A DNA stretch of 64,000 bases from Octopus sinensis. Lineage: Eukaryota. The notes below the pieces were generated by a model, which saw nothing but the letters and a program-made list of their open reading frames with translations, searched no databases and was not told where the DNA came from. Below are positions 36,594 through 50,706 of this stretch, piece by piece. The stretch's first letter is position 1. Every line of letters starts with the position of its first letter. The stretch spans positions 16,120,001 through 16,184,000 of the forward strand of contig NC_043024.1 in the NCBI RefSeq assembly GCF_006345805.1, given 5' to 3'. A program made the position numbers and the translations under genes.

Positions 36594-39500
36594 ATATGTT
36601 TGTGTGTCTGTGTTTGTCCCCCCAACATCGCTTGACAACCGATGCTGGTGTATTTACATCCCCGTCACTTAACAGTTCGGCAAAAGAGACCGATAGAATA
36701 AGTACTAGGCTTACAAAGAATAAGTCCTGGAGTCAATTTGCTTGATCGACTAAAGGCGGTGCTCCAGCATGGCCACAGTCAAATGCCTGAAACAAGTAAA
36801 AGAGTAATGAATTTACTGACCCCAATGGAATTGGAGGATAAAAATATTTTGTGAATTGTTGGAAATGTCTTTAAATTAGAGAAGAATTGTTTACAAATTC
36901 TTTTGGGTGAGTTCCAGGTGAGAACAAAAGGTGTTTCTCTCTTTTATGTTTGCACTATTATGAATTTCTATGTGTTTGGAATCTTCGGACACACAGGCAG
37001 TCAACAAAACGACCAAGTGAAGTAAAATGGTGACTTTCGGATCTGTCCTGCAGTGGAGAATATCATGATGTCCACAAAAACTGTCACTAAATATTGTTCA
37101 GTTTTACCTACATACACTGCATTGCAAAGTTTGCATATAATGCAGCCGAGGAGGTTGGTAGAAGTGCAGCTAAAATTGTGACTGATTTGTTAATAGGAAT
37201 ATTGCGAATGGCTTGTTGATTAGAAATTATGGACAAGTGCTAGTTTTAATGGGAGAGTGACCTTGTAGCCTAAGCCAGGGATGTAACCAGCCCACTTATG
37301 CGTATCTTCCCTTCATTGGACACTAAACTCTGCTTGCAAAGACCTGTTGAGGCAAGTGAAATCGGAATCGATATCAAATTTGATGACTGGCATCTATGCT
37401 AGTGGAGCACTAAGAACACCATCTGAGCGTGATCGTTGCCAGAGCAGTTAACTGGTGTTTGTGCCAGTGGCACATAAAAAGCACCATTCGAGCGTGATCA
37501 TTACCAGCGTCGCCTTACTGGCACTTGTGCTAGTGTGCAGGTGATATATAAAAAAAAAAACGATTTTCCGTGACTGTTGCCAGTACCGCCTGACTGGCCC
37601 ACGTGCCGGTGGAACATAAAAGTACTCACTACACTCTCAGAGTGGTTGGCGTTAGGAAGGGTATCCAGTTGTAGAAACTCTGCCAAATCAAGACTGGAGT
37701 CTGGTGCAGCGATCTGGTTCGCCAGTCCTCAGTCAAATCGTCCAACTCATGTTAGCATGGAAAGCAGACGTTAAACGGCGATGATGATGATGATGATGAT
37801 GACCAAACAAAAGAAGAAATTTAGTGTTTCAGATATATGTGTACCTTGTTTAAAATGCATTGGTATCAACTGTAGGCATCTAATGATTAAAGAATGAGAT
37901 TGTCTCTCATTGGATTTGGTGTAGAATTTGAAGATCTTGCTACAGAATCAGTAGGGAGCAGAGGACTTGAAAAGATGGTAGATTTGGTAATGATGGAGTG
38001 ATAGGAAAGATAGTTTAGAGAGGATGGGAATCAGTGAACTTAGAGTAGAGATGGATAAAAATGTTCCTTCTCGAGCCATGCCAGGCTCATAAGGGCCGGT
38101 TTCTCGGTTTCAGTGGCATAGAAATTCCCCACCTGGATAGGATGCTAGTTCATCGCAGGATTACTCATTTTTGCCAGATGAGTGGACTGGAGTAACGTGA
38201 AATGAAGTGTTTTGCTCAAGGACACAACGCATCGCCCGGTCCAGGAATTGAAACCACAACCTTACGATCATGAGTTCAACACCCAAACCACTAAGCCACA
38301 CGCCTCCACAGAGATGGATAAGAAGATATTAAAAGCAATCGTTGACAGAGCAGCTAACCGGCTTCCTTGCCAGTGGCACATAAAAAGCACTATTCAAGTG
38401 TGATCGTTACCAGCGTCGCTTTACTGGCACTTGTGCCTGTGCTAATAGGGTGCTAAGAGCACCATCCAAGCATGATCATTGCCAGAGCGGCTAACTGGCT
38501 TCCATGCCAGCAGCACGTAAAAGGCACCATTCGAGCGTGAGCATTACCAGTGTCGCCTTACTGGCACCTGTGCCAGTGACATGTGTAAAAAGATTCGAGA
38601 GAGGTCGTTGCCAGTACCGCCTGACTGGTCCCCATGCCAGTGGCACATAAAAGCACCCACTACACTCTCGGAGTGGTTGGCGTTAGGAAGGGCATCCAGC
38701 TGAAGAAACTCTGCCAGATCAAGATTGGGGCCTGGTGCAGCCATCTGGTTCGCCAGTCCTCAGTCAAATCGTCCAACCCATGCTAGCATGGAAAGCGGAT
38801 GTTAAACGATGATGATGATGATGATGATAATATCATGAAAACTGGCGAAAATACATTTACATATCCAAACTCACATGAGTAATTTTTGAAGAAGTACACC
38901 ACAACTAGTTTATAGCTGCACATATACATGAGCGCACACACAGACATGCATGCATGCATGTTTCCTTTGTACAACACTCAAAAATGCATGGCTTAGTGGT
39001 TTACTTTGGTATCTTGAATACTTGGGTCCAATTACACAATGTGGAATTTTGGGTCAGTTCGACCGAAGCCCTGTAAATGAAATTGGATGACAGAAAAATG
39101 TGTGAAACCTAAAGGAGGGCTTCTACTTGTAACTGAAAAGTTCAGCCTTGTCACATTGATTTGGTCTGAGAATTACATTAAGAGTATATATATTTGTCGA
39201 AATCCTACCCGTTTTCACATCAGTTCAGTGAATAATTCAGTGAAATGAAAAACTGAAATGCTCATCGTTGGAACCGACTGAGATCCATTTATTTGTTACA
39301 AAGCTGTGTACTTGTAATAAAATATTTATTAAATGGCTTTCCCCGACACCAACTTTCACTAGTTTACTAGGTGTGTGTATATATATATATAACGTTTAGG
39401 TTTAGTTTTAAGGTAGACAACTCCACGATTTCATTGTTATGACAACTGAGTTATTTACCTCGAGTAAAAAATAAAAATAAAAAATTCATGTGGAAAATTT

Positions 39501-40475
39501 CCAGGCACAACACCCCAAATTTGGACGAAAGGGAGCAGCTGATTATCTTGATCCCAGACAGTTGGAAGGTGAGGTTTATCTGAGTGGGATTTTAACTCAG
39601 AATGTAACCAATCTTAACAAATATTGTCTGATGCTCCAAGAATTCTAACCAATATACTGGCATTTTACAAACTTCAATGACACATGTTATTGTGCTCCCA
39701 GTCAGCTCTGGCCAAGTGGACCTTTTATGATAAAAGACATTCTAATCAGCCCTCGCCATTCTATATTTTTTAACAAAGTCAAGGCTCAGTGTATTTTTCA
39801 CAATACTTTCTAATGTGCCCAAAATGTTTTAAAGATAGAATGGGTATGAATGTGGCACAGTCCAAATTTTGGAGTGGCTGGATGGCTTTCTACTCTCTGT
39901 AGCAAAAAGATCAAGTTCCTGTGTATTGGATACTTTTGATTTTGCGTCCAAAACTTACAATTTTTCTAAGCACCGAAATAGCACTGGAAACTGTTTTTAT
40001 GGTAATCATGGATGTTTCTTCTTGACCATGACAAGAGGGAGGAAGCGTGCATGAATGCTTTTGAAAAACAATAAAGCAAAAGTATTCTATCTAATTTTCT
40101 CCATAAATTATTGAAATTTGTATTACAAAGTAACATAAAATTTGGCTAAAAAATGTTACCCCCAGACAAGGTGATGCCCAAAGGGTAACTCTATGCTGTT
40201 AATTTCACTAACATCTTCATGACAAAATTTGATTCACAGTTAATGGAGACATTCAAATTCCTGCAATGTTATGAACCAAAACTCTGATTATGGTTCATTG
40301 ATGATGCCTTTTTTTGTTCAGGAAGGCTCACACGATAATTAACTTCTAGCATTTCCATAACTGTTAGCATCAAATTTTTGGACACAGAAGTTTTCTGAAG
40401 ACCAAATGGCGACAGTTATTTTGCAAACCCGTGTCATCCCACATTTACTTTTACCACCACTCTGATCATCCACAT

Positions 40476-41413
40476 CAGGGGTCACCAGACTTTTCCATGG
40501 TGCGCCAAATGACAGAGAGAATGACATGTGTAGGCCACTTAAGCATTTTGTTCAATAGAATACAGTGAATAAAGCAGTGAGCTGGCAGAACTGCTAGCAT
40601 GCCAGGCAAAATGCTTAGCGATATTTCGTCTGTCTTTGCATTCTGAGTTCAAATTCCGCCGAGGTCGACTTTGCCTTTCATCCTTTCGGTGTCTATAAAT
40701 TAAGTACCAGTTACGCACTGGGGTTGATATAATCGACTTAATCCATGTGTCTGTCCTTGTTTGTCTCCTCTGTGTTTAGCCCCCTGTGGGTAGTAAAGAA
40801 ATAGGTATTTCATCTGCCTCTACGTTCAGAGTTTAAATTCTGCCAAAGTCGATTTTGCCTTTCATCCTTTCGGGGTCGATAAATTAAGTACCAGTTACAC
40901 TCTGGGGTCGATGTAATCAACTTAATCCGTTTGTCTGTCTTTGTTTGTCCCCTCTATGTTTAGCCCCCTGTGGGAAATAAAGAAATAAGAATATAGTGAA
41001 TAGACACAAAAAATAAAGACAACCAACATATTTATTTACCAAAAAGTTATCAAAGAAGGCAACATTAGCAATAAGATAGTTATATCACATCCAATTCACA
41101 CAAACTAAGCAGCAAAAAAGGGTAATGAGGTTTGTGAAACTGATGTTTAGCTTTTAAGATATTGATACTTGCTTTGGAATTGCTGCATCCAACCAAGAGA
41201 ATTGCTTTCAAAAGTTCATCAGTCAACCCCGTTCGATGTGCTGACTTCACACTCTTCATTATTGAAAATGTTTGCTCACAGACATAAGTTGTTCCAAACA
41301 CTGATGCTGTACCAGAGGCAAATGAACTCTCATTGTAGACAGTCACACAAAAGGTACAGTGTGGTGACGGGCCAGGTGAACTGACTTTGCAGGCTGTAGT
41401 TTGGTGACCCCTG
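40476..41413 (-). mobile_element. Internally deleted hAT element with transposase C-terminal remnant and nested SINE dimer
   Basis: TIRs CAGGGGTCACCAGAC (40476) / GTTTGGTGACCCCTG (ends 41413); degenerate 8-bp TSD ATCCACAT/GACCACAA; SVFGTTYVCEQTFSIMKSVKSAHRTGLTDELL matches the hAT dimerisation domain. Confidence 0.85.
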
Positions 41414-42832
41414 GACCACAACATATAATTAAGTCAGATCTGAAATCCAAGTTTTTGAGGATAAAACTGGAAACATACAAATGCTTATGTATGCTGTTAT
41501 GTCAAATGCAGTTACAGTGAATCATGATTAAAGGAAATCACAATGACTGAAGCTAAAATTAGCAAGGAAAGGCAAACTTCAACATAATTTTAGCAGCCAA
41601 AGTAAAAATGGTGATCCAATTTCTTTAGTAATTAAATGGCAATGAAATTTCACTGGCATTTCAAGAGTGTTACATAAAAGTTACCAGCCTATTTCAGAAA
41701 AATGTCCCCATTTCAAACAAATATTCCCTCATCTGCCTATTACAGCCTTTAGATGGAATAAAAAGATAGGAGAACCATTAACCCCCTACTTCTAATCCTA
41801 ATAAAATTACCATTAATGCTGTATCCCCAAAAGCAGCTGCAAGAGTGGTAAGCCCTGTCCATTGTGCAAGAGCATAAGTGAAGTCAACTCCATCACAAAT
41901 TACAGCAGAAATGTTATGACTTATACAGGAGGTGCAATGTGGTGCATGCAGCAGAATGCACATGCAGCAGAATGCACTGAATACAATTTGATTTGCATGG
42001 AGGAGGAGAGCCCCTTCGGTCATGAATGACCATGGGACTGCACCTAGAAAGTTGCCCTTCGAGGCACAAGTCGGGGCAAGATAGTTTGTGGAAGGCTAGC
42101 AGTCGCACATGCATACCAGCCTCCCCTCTCCACATCACTGATTTTATCCAAGGGAAAGGCAAAGGGGCCAATACAGCTTGGCACCAGTGATGTTGCAACT
42201 CATTTCTACAGCTGAGTGAACTGGAGCAACGTGAAATAAAGTGTCTTGCTCAAGAACACAACAACACGCAGCCCGCTCCGGGATCCGAACTCACAACTTC
42301 ACAATCGTAAGCTCAACGCTCTAACCACTGAGTTATGTGCCTTCACATGATTTGCACAACAGAACAATAAAATAAAAGATTCCATGGGCATAGATATGAC
42401 ACCAGGCACAATAACAGTAGTTTGATGGAACCTGCCAAACATTTTACATCGAATGGCTGTAATTTTGTGGAACACCTGGAAGTATACCTTCCCAGAAACT
42501 ATATTTGTGAATTGCTGACATCAATCCCTGGACGAATGAATAAAATTACTGGAGAATCCCATTTTATTGACACAAAACTTTTTGATTAAGTGTTCTCTTT
42601 CCTCCTCTCTTTTACTCTTCCTCTTTTACTTGTTTCAGTCATTTGACTGCGGCCATACTGGAGCACTGTCTTTAGTCGAGCAAATCGACCCCAGGACTTA
42701 TTCTTTGGAAGCCTAGTGCTTATTCTATCGGTCTCTTTTGCCAAAACCACTAAGTTATGGGGACGTAAACACACCAGCATCAGTTGTTGAGTGATGATGG
42801 TGGTAGTGGGGGACAAACATACACACATACAT

Positions 42833-42882
<50 letters not shown>

Positions 42883-43315
42883 GAAATATGCTACGAAAAG
42901 AAAATATAAAATACACGTGGAAATGTAAGGGTAAAATATGAAAAATCAACGAAAATACATATTGCAAATAGAAAAAGGCTATTTATGACAGGTAACGACA
43001 AATATATACATTTAGATTGAATGAGGTAGTTATACGAGTCATAAAGGTCATTATTATGAGATGATTATAAGATGATAATAATGTAAGAGAACAATATATT
43101 AACCGGTGTTGTTCAAACGATGAATAGCTTTGAGTAAACTATTGGTTCGTTTTGTTCTCTTACTTTATTATCATCTCATAATAATGACCTTTATGACTCG
43201 TATTACTACCTCAGTCAATCTAAATGTATATATTTGTCACTACCTGTCATAAATAGCCTTTTTCTATTTGCAATATGCATTTTCGGTGATTTTTCATATT
43301 TTACCCCTATATATA

Positions 43316-43372
<57 letters not shown>

Positions 43373-43686
43373 TATATATGACGGACTTCTCCCAGTTTCT
43401 GTCTACCAAATCCACTCACAAAGCTTTAGTCGGATCAAGGCTAAAGTAGAAGACAGTTGCCCAAGGTACCATGCAGTGGGAATGAACCTGGAACAATGTA
43501 GTTGGTAAGCTAGCTACTTACCACATAGCCACTCCTGTTCAAGTTTTTCTTTTTTTTTCTTTTTCTAATTATATTACTAATTATGGAAAAGGGAAATCTG
43601 ATGATGTCATTTTTTTCTAAAATGGAATGAAGGATATTCCCCTTCATACTTTGAATTTCTGCACATTTTTCATTTTTCAGTTTGAA

Positions 43687-43720
43687 CCCCCCACCCCACC
43701 CCACCCCACCCCACCCCACC
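43687..43720 (-). repeat. (GGGGT)n tract, potential G-quadruplex
   Basis: Plus strand CCCCCC(ACCCC)5ACC gives six runs of four or more G on the minus strand. Confidence 0.6.
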
Positions 43721-45879
43721 AAAAAAAAAGACAGACACAAACATTGTCCCCTTAAATCGAGTCAATCTCTGTTTATTACAAATCCTATTGTGCTTGTCTT
43801 ATTACTCTTTACTCTTTTACTTGTTTCAGGCCTTTGACTGTGGCCATGCTGGAGCACCGCCTTTAGTTGAGCACATCGACCCCAGGACTTATTCTTTGTA
43901 AGCCTAGTACTTATTCTATCGGTCTCTTTTGCCGAACCGCTAAGTTACAGTGACGTAAACACACCAGCATCTGTTGTCAAGCGATGTTGGGGGGACAAAC
44001 ACAGACACACAAACATATATACACACACACATACATATATATATAAATATACATATATGCAATGGGCTTCTTTCAGTTTCCATCTACCAAATCCATTCAC
44101 AAGGCTTTGGTTGGCCCGAAGCTATAGTAGAAGACACTTGCCCAAGGTGCCACGCAGTGGGACTGAACCCGGAACCATGTAGTTGGTAAGCAAGCTACTT
44201 ACCACACAGCCACTCCTATGCCTTTCTGCTTATTTACCTTTGTGAAGAGTTACATCGGTTTTCATAGATAAATAATGGTTTAAAATTTTGGCACAAGGCC
44301 AGCAAGTTTAGATGAGGGGGACGATCCTTGTGACTTTCTCCCTGCTTTATGAACTTTATGTCACTTCCTGCATCTTCCTTTCTTACCCTTCTCCCTCATA
44401 AACGTACCCTTTCTTCTCCAGGCCATCTTACATATATTTTGTATCTAACCGTTACCTTAAGTCTGCAAGAATTTAAAATATGGAAACTTTATGATAGTTA
44501 CAGAAATCCCCCACTGTAAGAATGCATGTGAGTTCAAAGTTTAGACATCAGTTACAGGTGATATTTGTGGTTCACCAACATTACCAAAGTGGCACACTAT
44601 AAAACTGTCCCTGACATTGAACTGGTGGTCACCTTCAGTAATCTTGACTACATACATGCACACAACACAAAATCAATGTTTGCATACCAATGCTATCGGA
44701 GACCAAATAGATTCAGTGTGACGGTGCTGACCAGATATGTTTTACATAGTAATAATAATAATAATAAATGTGACTTTTTAAAGCCTAGCCAGGCTCATGG
44801 GCCAAGTTTCCCAGTTTCAATGGTGTATGTGTTCCCCAGCTGGACGGGATGCCAGTCCATCACAGCGTTACTCATTTTTGCCAGCTGAGTGGACTGGAGC
44901 AACGTGAAATGAAGTGTTTTGCTCAAGAACACAACGTGTTGCCCAGTCCAGGAATCAAAACCACAATCTTACGATCATGATGCTGACACCCTAACCACTA
45001 AGCCATGTGCCTCCACTTACATAGTAATACTAGAACACAATAAATATAACATTACTCCAACTACAAAATAGATAAATTATGTTATTATGTATTTGTGGCT
45101 TTGTTACTGTATAGCTTCTTTGCAGTGGTGTCCCACACCTCACTAAGTTAGCATGATCAGAAGTATGAGACATGAATATTAGCAGTTGCAGGAGTTGATG
45201 AAATCGATGATATTGACCTGTTATAATTATTATCATCAAGGACTTTATGATCAAATGGTGGCTCAACAAGAGATGGAGAAGCTGGTGATATTGACCTATT
45301 GATAAAATCATCTGTTTCTACTCTTAGGCACAAGGCCTGAAATTTTGGGGGAGGGAGCCAGTTGATTAGATTAACCCCAGTACACAACTGGTAATTAATT
45401 TATCGATCCCGAAAAGATGAATGGTAAAGTCTACCTTGGCAGAATTTGAACTCTGAATGTAAAGACAGATGAAATACTGCTAAGCATTTTGCCTGGTGTG
45501 CTAACGATTCTTATTTCTTTATTGCTCACAAGGGACTAAACATAGAGGGGACAAACAAAGGTACTTAATTTATTGACCCCGAAAGGATGAAAGGCAAAGT
45601 TAACCTCGGTGGAATTTGAACTCAGAATGTAAAGACAGACAAAATACTGCTAAGCACTTCGCCTGGCATGCTAATATTTCTGCCTGCTTGATGCCCTCTA
45701 TTGATAACATTATCATTAGCAGATGTACTTGACAAAGGATATTTAGGAACTGCTTGGTTAAATGATGCTAAACTTTTTAATCTTCTCATTTAATTCAGTT
45801 GTATTTCTACAAGCATTAATCTAATAACATATAATGTCAGAAAATTTCATTACACTAGTCTAGCTATGAATCATTGGTT

Positions 45880-46400
45880 AAACTTGATAAAAAGGGCTAT
45901 ACTGCCACTTTTAATTATCTGTGAAGTAATTTCTCATCTGGATATAATTTGCGAGCACCACATGCACTTCAATGGTTGAAAAGAACCTTTAGCAAATGCC
46001 ATCAAATTTTCCAATTGATTGACTGTAACCTTGAAGTGCCAATTTGATTGTTTGCCCAACCCTTTCGTCTGCACCATTACATTTTGGACGGAAAGTAGGA
46101 CTTTCAGTTTTCTTGTAACCAAGTCAGTTTAACTATGAATTCAGGTTCATTTTCTGACACTACTATCACTGGTACTAAAACCTTGAAAAATAGATATTTT
46201 CTTAAATTTTTAAAGTTCTTTTAGGGCATTAAATAAGTTTTCAATCAATTAGTAACTATGTTACCTAGACCAACACATTCCAAATTTAATTTGCTTTACT
46301 TTTATTGTGTTCAGCCAGGAGTTGTGACCTTGTTGAGGCACCATTTTAGAGCATATATAATTTTTCAGAGGGATGTGATAAACGTTATTTATTAGTAGTA
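45880..46400 (-). pseudogene. Gypsy/LTR-retrotransposon integrase remnant
   Basis: Frameshifted WSR*H ... FSRF / VPVIVVSENEPEF...WL / ESPTFRPKCNGADERVGQTIKLAL resembles the integrase core (VSDN.P.F; SP.YHP.SNG..ER..QT.K). Confidence 0.62.
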
Positions 46401-46740
46401 CAAATAAGCCCTTTAATATGATCTTGGCACACAATATCAAAAGATTTGACAAATTCATGAGTATCTATAATCAATATTAAGGTTAGGCAACTAAACACAG
46501 TCGAAGCTTTCTTTAATGTTTGTAATATATCCATGTGTGTGTGTACTCTTTTTACTCTTTTACTTGTTTTAGTCATTTGACTGTGGCCATGTTGGAGCAC
46601 CGCTTTTAGTCAAGCAAATCATCCCCGGGACTTAGTCTTTGTAAGCCCAGTATCATTTGCCGAACCACTAAGTTACAGGGATGTAAACACAACAGCATCG
46701 GTTGACAAGTGATGTTGGGGGGACAAACACAGACACACAA

Positions 46741-46775
<35 letters not shown>

Positions 46776-49700
46776 TACAATGGGCTTCTTTCAGTTTCCG
46801 TCTATCAAATCCACTCACAAGGCTTTGGTCGGCCCGAGGTCATAGTAGAAGACACTTGCCCAAGGTACCACACAGTGGGACTGAACCCAGAACCATGTGG
46901 TTGGTAAGCAAGCTACTTACCACACAGCCACTCCTGCATAAGATTCTGGAATAATCAACTAGTTTTTATGAGCTTATGTAGTGTATTTGTAAAGAATAAG
47001 TCCTGGGGTCACTTTGCTCGACTAAAAGTGGTGCTCCGGCATGACCACAGTCAAATGACTGAAACAAGTAAAAGAGTAAGAGATTGCCAAGTGTCCCCCT
47101 CATATGCGTAGGAGTGGTTGTGTGGTAAGTAGCTTGCTTACCAACCACATGGTTCCGGGTTCAGTCCCACTGCATGGCACCTTGAGCAAGAATCTTCTAC
47201 TATAGCCTCGGGCCGACCAAAGCCTTGAGAGTGGATTTGGTAGATGGAAACTGAAAGAAGCCCATCGTATGTATATATGTGTGTGTGTGTGTATGTTTGT
47301 GTATCTGTGTTTGTCCCCCCATCATCACTTGACAACCATTTCTGGTTTGTTTATGTCCCCGTAGCTTAGCAGTTTGGCAAAAAAGACTGATAGAATAAGT
47401 ACTAGGCTTACAAAGAATAAGTCCTGGGGTCGCTTTGCTTGACTAAAGGCGGTGCTCCAGCATGGCCACAGTCAACTGACTGAAACAAGTAAAAGAGTAA
47501 AGAGTAAAGAGTAAGAGTAATGCTGTACCAAAATGATCTGAGTCATATTTTAGTCTAAGAGTAGGAATGTCTTAACCAGAAATTTAACCCTTTAGCATTT
47601 AAATTTGGCCACATCTGGCCCAAACTAAATGTCCATCTTATGTTCAAACCAGCCAGATCTGGCCTCTTACAATGTCATTACCCTACAATGTCATTCTAAA
47701 AATATACAATCAGATCATCAAAATCTTGATGCTATGAGACAATGCGTGATTACTTAAAAACAATGTGAATAAATAAGTATTAAATTTGAGAGAATGATCT
47801 GAATGCTGAAGGTTTGAACAGTTTGAAAAACATAGGAGGGCGCCACTTGGCAATCTCTTACTCTTTACTCTTACTCATTTACTTGTTTTAGTCATTTGAC
47901 TGCGGCCATTCTGGAGCACCGCCTTTAGTCGAACAAATCGACCCCAGGACTTATTCTTTGTAAGTCTAGTATTTATACTATCAGTGTCTTTTGCCGAACC
48001 ACTAAGTTACGGGGGCGCAAACAAACCAGCATCAGTTGTCAAACGATGTTGGGGAGACAAACACAGACACACAAACACAACACACACCCACATAAATATA
48101 CATATATATGATGGGCTTCTTTCAGTTTCCGTCTACCAAATCCACTCACAAGGCATTGGTCGGCCCGAGGCTCTAGTAGAAGACACTTGCTCAAAGTGCC
48201 ACGCAGTGGGACTGAACCTGGAACCATGTGGTTGGTAAGCAAGCTACTTACCACACAGCCACTCCTGCACCTATGATTAAAAAATCTAGCAACATGTGAA
48301 ATTCTGTTGAGCATTTCGTCCAGTGTGCTGACAATTCTGCCAGCTCACCGCTTTGCTGAGAAACATTGAGTTTCTTTGAAAAAAATGTATTCTGAAGACC
48401 TTTCCCTGATAAAAAAAAAGTGTTCAATCTTTCATCATAACATACCAATGCCACATAGACTGCACTTTCGCTATTACTCAAATATCTCTTAAAGGGCTGT
48501 ACTTGATGTGTTGCTCATGTAATGACATTCTTTTTCGGTTGCAAGAGACTCTTAGGTATAAACCGAAAATGATAGTCTATCAACCCCAAAATATTTTTCA
48601 ATTTCTTCTTTTAATCTAAGAAGACTAATCTGCTTGCCTATGTGATGGTTTGATCCTCTCCTTTGAAATATTAATTCCTGAAAAATCTATAGAAAATGTG
48701 TGATTAATACATTTACTTGGGTTAATCAATACAGAGGCTCCTTTCAGACCAGCAATAAATGAATTTTCTTGATTCTTCAATTAATTCTGGGTTGCTGAAA
48801 AATGAGCTTGTCTTCTTGATAAATAATTACGTTAGTAAATTCATTTCGCTATCGACTGTTCAATGAAGGAAAACGTTGTTGCTATTTTTTGAGATCCATT
48901 TGATATCTTCTGACAAAGTAAAAGATCATACTCTTTTAATCAATTGAGGTAAAAGACAGTCAACCGTATATGAGTGAACATTGTTTCAAGCCGAAGACTT
49001 GGATAAGGAAATTCTAGGCTGAGGAAAACGTTTGTGTGCTGTGAGTCACCATTGAACCTGACATGAACTGAATGAACTCACACACCACAAATATATATAT
49101 AAAAAGCATTATTTTAACATGGTGCACAAACTTTTTCTCAACCAAATATTTGTCATTCAAATGTACTTTGTATTGGCACAAGTTTTTAATTTACCATTTT
49201 TCAAACCCAAACAGTTGGTTATAAATCGTTGATACCTTCATACAGACATAGCAATTTTGATTCTCATCTCTCTTTCTCTTTTTTCTCTTTTACTTGTTTC
49301 AGTCATTTGACTGCGGCCATGCTGGAGCACCGCCTTTAATCAAGCAACTCGACCCCGGGACTTATTCTTTGTAAGCCCAGTACTTATTCTATCGGTCTCT
49401 TTTTTGCCGAACTGCTAAGTGACGGGGACGTAAACACACCAGCATCGGTTGTCAAGCGATGCTAGGGGGACAAACACAGACACACAAACACACACACATA
49501 TATATATATATACGACAGGCTTCTTTCAGTTTCTGTCTACCAAATCCACTCACAAGGCATTGGTCAGCCCGGGGCTATAGTAGAAGACACTAGCCCAAGA
49601 TGCCACGCAGTGGGACTGAACCCGGAACCATGTGGTTGGTTAGCAAGCTACTTACCACACAGCCACTGTGAAATTTATTTTCAATTCCTTTTTTAATTGT

Positions 49701-50283
49701 ACTGGAATTAGGCAAACACCAAACACATTACATTTCTGACTGTGGCCATGCTGGGGCAGCACCCTTGAAGAATTTTTAGTTGAATGAATCAACCCCAGAA
49801 TTTATTTTCCTCTTTTTCTTTAAGCCTGGTAATTATTCTATCAGTTTCTTTTGCTGAACCACTAAGTTACGGAGATGTAAACACACCAACACTGATTGTC
49901 AAGTGATGATGGGGTACAAACACTGATATAAAGACATAGTTATATAAATATGTTGGGCTTCTTTCAGTTTCCATCTACAAATCCACTCATAAGGCTTTGG
50001 TTCGCCTGGGGCTATAATAGAAGATGCTTGCCCAAAGTGTCAAGCAGTGGGACTGAAACCAGAACCATGTGGTTGGAAAGCCATGCCTGCACCTATAAGT
50101 TATTTATTTTATCTTTTATCATTTATGTATTTCAGTCATTAGACTGTGGCCATGCTGGGGCACCACCTTGAATTTTTAGTTGAATGTATTGACCCCAAGA
50201 CTTATTTTTAAAACTTGGTACTTATTCTATTGGTCACTTTTGACAAACCGCTAAGTTATGGGGGACATAAACACAGACACAAA

Positions 50284-50371
<88 letters not shown>

Positions 50372-50400
50372 TATATATACATGTATATATATAAGCTTTT

Positions 50401-50706
50401 GTGGAGGCGTAATGGCCCAGTGGTTAGAGCAGCGGACTCGTGGTCGTTGGATCGCAGTTTCAATTCCCAGACCAGGCGTTGTGAGTGTTTATTGAGTGAA
50501 AACACCTAAAAGCTCCATGAGGCTCCGGCAGGGGGAGGTGACGATCCCTGCTGTACCCTTTCGCCGCTGTACCTCACTCCGCTGTACCTCACTCTTTCTT
50601 CTGTTGGCCTGCTCGCTTAGCCAGCGGGGTGGGGTCATTTGAAGGCTAAAACAATGCGAAGCGCATTGTGACCAGCGATGTGTAGCAACATCTGATAGCC
50701 TGGTCG
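50401..50706 (+). mobile_element. tRNA-derived SINE family D
   Basis: TGGCCCAGTGGTTAGAGC A-box and GTTTCAATTCC B-box. The tail GCATTGTGACCAGCGATGTGTAGCAACATCTGATAGCCTGGTC is also at 55060-55110, and related heads are at about 34140-34270 and 36120-36270 (minus). Confidence 0.7.

Noticed and set aside
41778-42023. 81-aa hydrophobic minus-strand ORF
   Set aside because: No recognisable family, its start lies in a SINE, and splice support is weak.
44300-44520. Possible polypurine tract and LTR start downstream of the Gypsy integrase remnant
   Set aside because: No second LTR is present to confirm it; too degenerate to call.
48480-49250. Non-repetitive stretch that could be a decayed coding sequence
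   Set aside because: Stops occur in the frames I read and no motif was recognised; a TBLASTX search would be needed.
50401-50480. tRNA-like sequences at SINE heads
   Set aside because: A/B boxes are present, but I could not form a full cloverleaf and they continue into SINE bodies, so no tRNA gene is called.
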